NCBI RefSeq assembly: GCF_009914755.1
Contig: NC_060929.1
DNA length: 64,000 bases
From: the human T2T-CHM13v2.0 reference genome, Homo sapiens
Strand: one strand, 5' to 3'
Notes under the pieces: generated by a model
What the model was told of the DNA's origin: nothing
Databases searched by the model: none
What the model saw: only the letters and a program-made list of their open reading frames with translations
Made by a program: the position numbers and the translations under genes
In this document: positions 61,466-64,000 of the stretch, piece by piece
Layout: the number at the start of each line of letters is the position of its first letter
Position numbering within the stretch: the stretch's first letter is position 1

Positions 61466-61868
61466 ATCAGATAGTTGTAGCAGTCTTATTTTCGGGTTCT
61501 CTGTTCTGTTCCACTGCTCTATGTGTCTCTTTTTGTACCAGTGCCATGCTATTTTGCTTACTGTAGCCTTGTAGTACAGTTTGATGCCAAGTAGCTTGAT
61601 GGCTCCAGCTTTGTTTTTTGCTTAGGATTGTCTTGGCTATTAGTGCTCTTTTTTGGTTCCATATGAATTTTAAAATAGTTTTCTCTACTTCTGTAAAAAA
61701 TATCAATGGTAGTTTAATGGGAAAAGCATTTAAATCTATAAATTGCTTTGGGCAGTATGGCCATTTTAATGATACTGATTCTTCCCATCCATGAGCATAG
61801 ATGGTTTTTCCACTTGTTTTTGTCATCTCTGATTTCTTTGAGCAGTGGTTTGTAGTTTTCCTTGTAAG
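61466..61868 (-). mobile_element. Internal L1P ORF2 fragment
   Basis: Translates to [12 protein letters not shown]...[20 protein letters not shown] and [26 protein letters not shown]. Confidence 0.88.
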
Positions 61869-62104
61869 CAAGGCTAGAGAATAAATAATAAAATGAAGGT
61901 AGAGGGCTATGGAAGGGGTATTTTAGAAAGAATGGTCTAGCTGCTGCCACACAGCACTGATGGATGGATATATCTAAAATCCTACATCTGAATTCCACTT
62001 CCTATCCTACACCCTTAAATCCCGGTATCAGTCACTAGAGAAGCCTCAGATATAGACAACGTAAAATAGATTAGGTTTTCCTAAAGATCTTCCAGAGTCT
62101 TTTC

Positions 62105-62406
<302 letters not shown>

Positions 62407-63886
62407 TTGGAGTCATTTTAGATCTAGAAAAGAACCTCTCTTATTCCTGTATAATTCCAGTGTGGACCAATGATACTTATCAATGTCCAAATGTGATTCC
62501 TAGGTGACAAAATGCCAATAGTTAGCTGGATCACAGCCAGCTGAAGAGCAGTAAGGAGCATTTGGCAGCTTTTGAAAGGCTGCTCATAAGACTGTGAGTA
62601 GTTATAGCAGTGAAACAGGATCAGCCTGATCAAATGTTCAAAGCGCTTGCAACCTGCTGTTAAGGAGGTGTGAAAAATTAGAAATCTGTTTTTAACATTG
62701 TCTTTTTTAAGTTCCTCATTATTAACACTTAAGCTAAAAAACAGATTCAGAGTGTCAAAATCTCTGCCAATGGAACCAAATAACATGAATACCCAGCCTT
62801 TGTTTTAAACACACTTATAACGTATTTTTTATATTTTCAATGAGTTTTAGAGAAATAGATAACTGACATACTACATACAGATAATGAAGATACTGAACTG
62901 AGCATTAGTAATGTTCTAGAACAGGAATAATTGCATTAGTTAACACAGACAGAGACATCAATGAAAAATTTAACAACTAGATGGATAGTTGGGCATAAAA
63001 AAGTACTACTTTGCTGATGTTTCATTGATGTCATATATTATAAACAAGTAATACTGAGCATGTAGGTTTGGGATTAAATAATTTGGTGTGGCCAGAAATG
63101 TAAACACTTACCTCATATAGAAAGGCAATTTCAAAATTAAAATGACTACTATCAACTTTGGAGAACTGAAAAGGGCAAAGGCATAAAAATGTAAATTTTT
63201 AAAAACTAATTAAATCAATGTTATATTATAAATAATTATCTATAGAGTTTAGTAAAAATTTCCATTCAATCTTGCTTAGCAGTATACATTGGTATTACTG
63301 TGCTGGGTGCACTTGTTAATATGATTTGCTCTACTTCAATCCAATTTGAAGATCATCCTTTATACACAGGCTCCCACTTTCTATGGAATCTTGATATACA
63401 CAGATTGTCATAATCTTTACTTTCTGTCTGTGTTATCCTCACAGAGAGCATATTGTCCTTTATATCCTCCCAAGACACTGGTGGCTTCTTAATACTTGTT
63501 GACTAACCTTGGAAGTCTTGCTGTACTCTATTTCAATGTTTTCACATAAAAATTAACACCAGAACCAGACTTCCACTCATGCCATGGAGGAGAATGTGGG
63601 ATTTGACCTCTTGCTGTAAACAACTAAAAACTGGATATAGGAAACAACTGTTTTTAGACACGGGACAAAAGGCAATGCTTCCCAGCAATACCTTGATGAA
63701 AGGGGAAAAAATAGGTGGAGTCCTATCATCATCCTAGCTTTTTGCCTCAGGGCAAATTCCAGAACACAGTACAAGGACGGAGACATCCAAATACAGAACA
63801 ACAGTCTCTTGAGTTGAGACCAAGATTTGGAGGAGGCTGAGGCAGCTGGAATTTATGAGGCAGAGTACCAGACAGAAGGGATACAG

Positions 63887-63888
<2 letters not shown>

Positions 63889-63934
<46 letters not shown>
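63889..63934. repeat. (AC)23 microsatellite
   Basis: Uninterrupted 46-bp AC run. Confidence 0.98.
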
Positions 63935-63937
<3 letters not shown>

Positions 63938-64000
63938 CCAACAATCCATATAGGGGTTCCTTTACTAGAGCAGGCAAAGAACCATTGCTCCCACAGGGCT

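Noticed and set aside
63560-64000. Possible old L1M 5' region around the (AC)23 repeat
   Set aside because: The resemblance is from memory only and the element is cut by the window edge, so it is too uncertain to call.

Overview
Primate (almost certainly human) genomic DNA, AT-rich and dense in repeats, not a microbial locus. Three short minus-strand exons (46869-46941, 33167-33228, 12078-12162) have canonical AG/GT boundaries and splice in frame to (K)[73 protein letters not shown]. This is the N-terminal LisH/LUFS region of SSBP2 (inferred exons 2-4). The rest is intron filled with Alu, L1, L2, MIR, LTR and DNA-transposon relics. The dominant element is a full-length young L1 (L1PA2/L1HS boundary, 12696-18740, 14-bp TSD) lying antisense to SSBP2, with its 5' end about 530 bp from the exon 4 acceptor. 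Its ORF1 and ORF2 are inactivated, but the CpG-rich 5'UTR and antisense ORF0 are intact. The ORF0 downstream splice donor is in frame with SSBP2 exon 4, predicting an ORF0-SSBP2 chimera without the LisH motif (inference, untested). Other notable structures are two L1 3' transductions, a target site hit twice, a 45-bp templated insertion, a tail-less L1 fragment within a 50-bp duplication, candidate poison exons and a RUNX/MYB/ETS motif cluster. Repeat subfamily calls come from remembered consensus sequences, and boundaries of old repeats are approximate.
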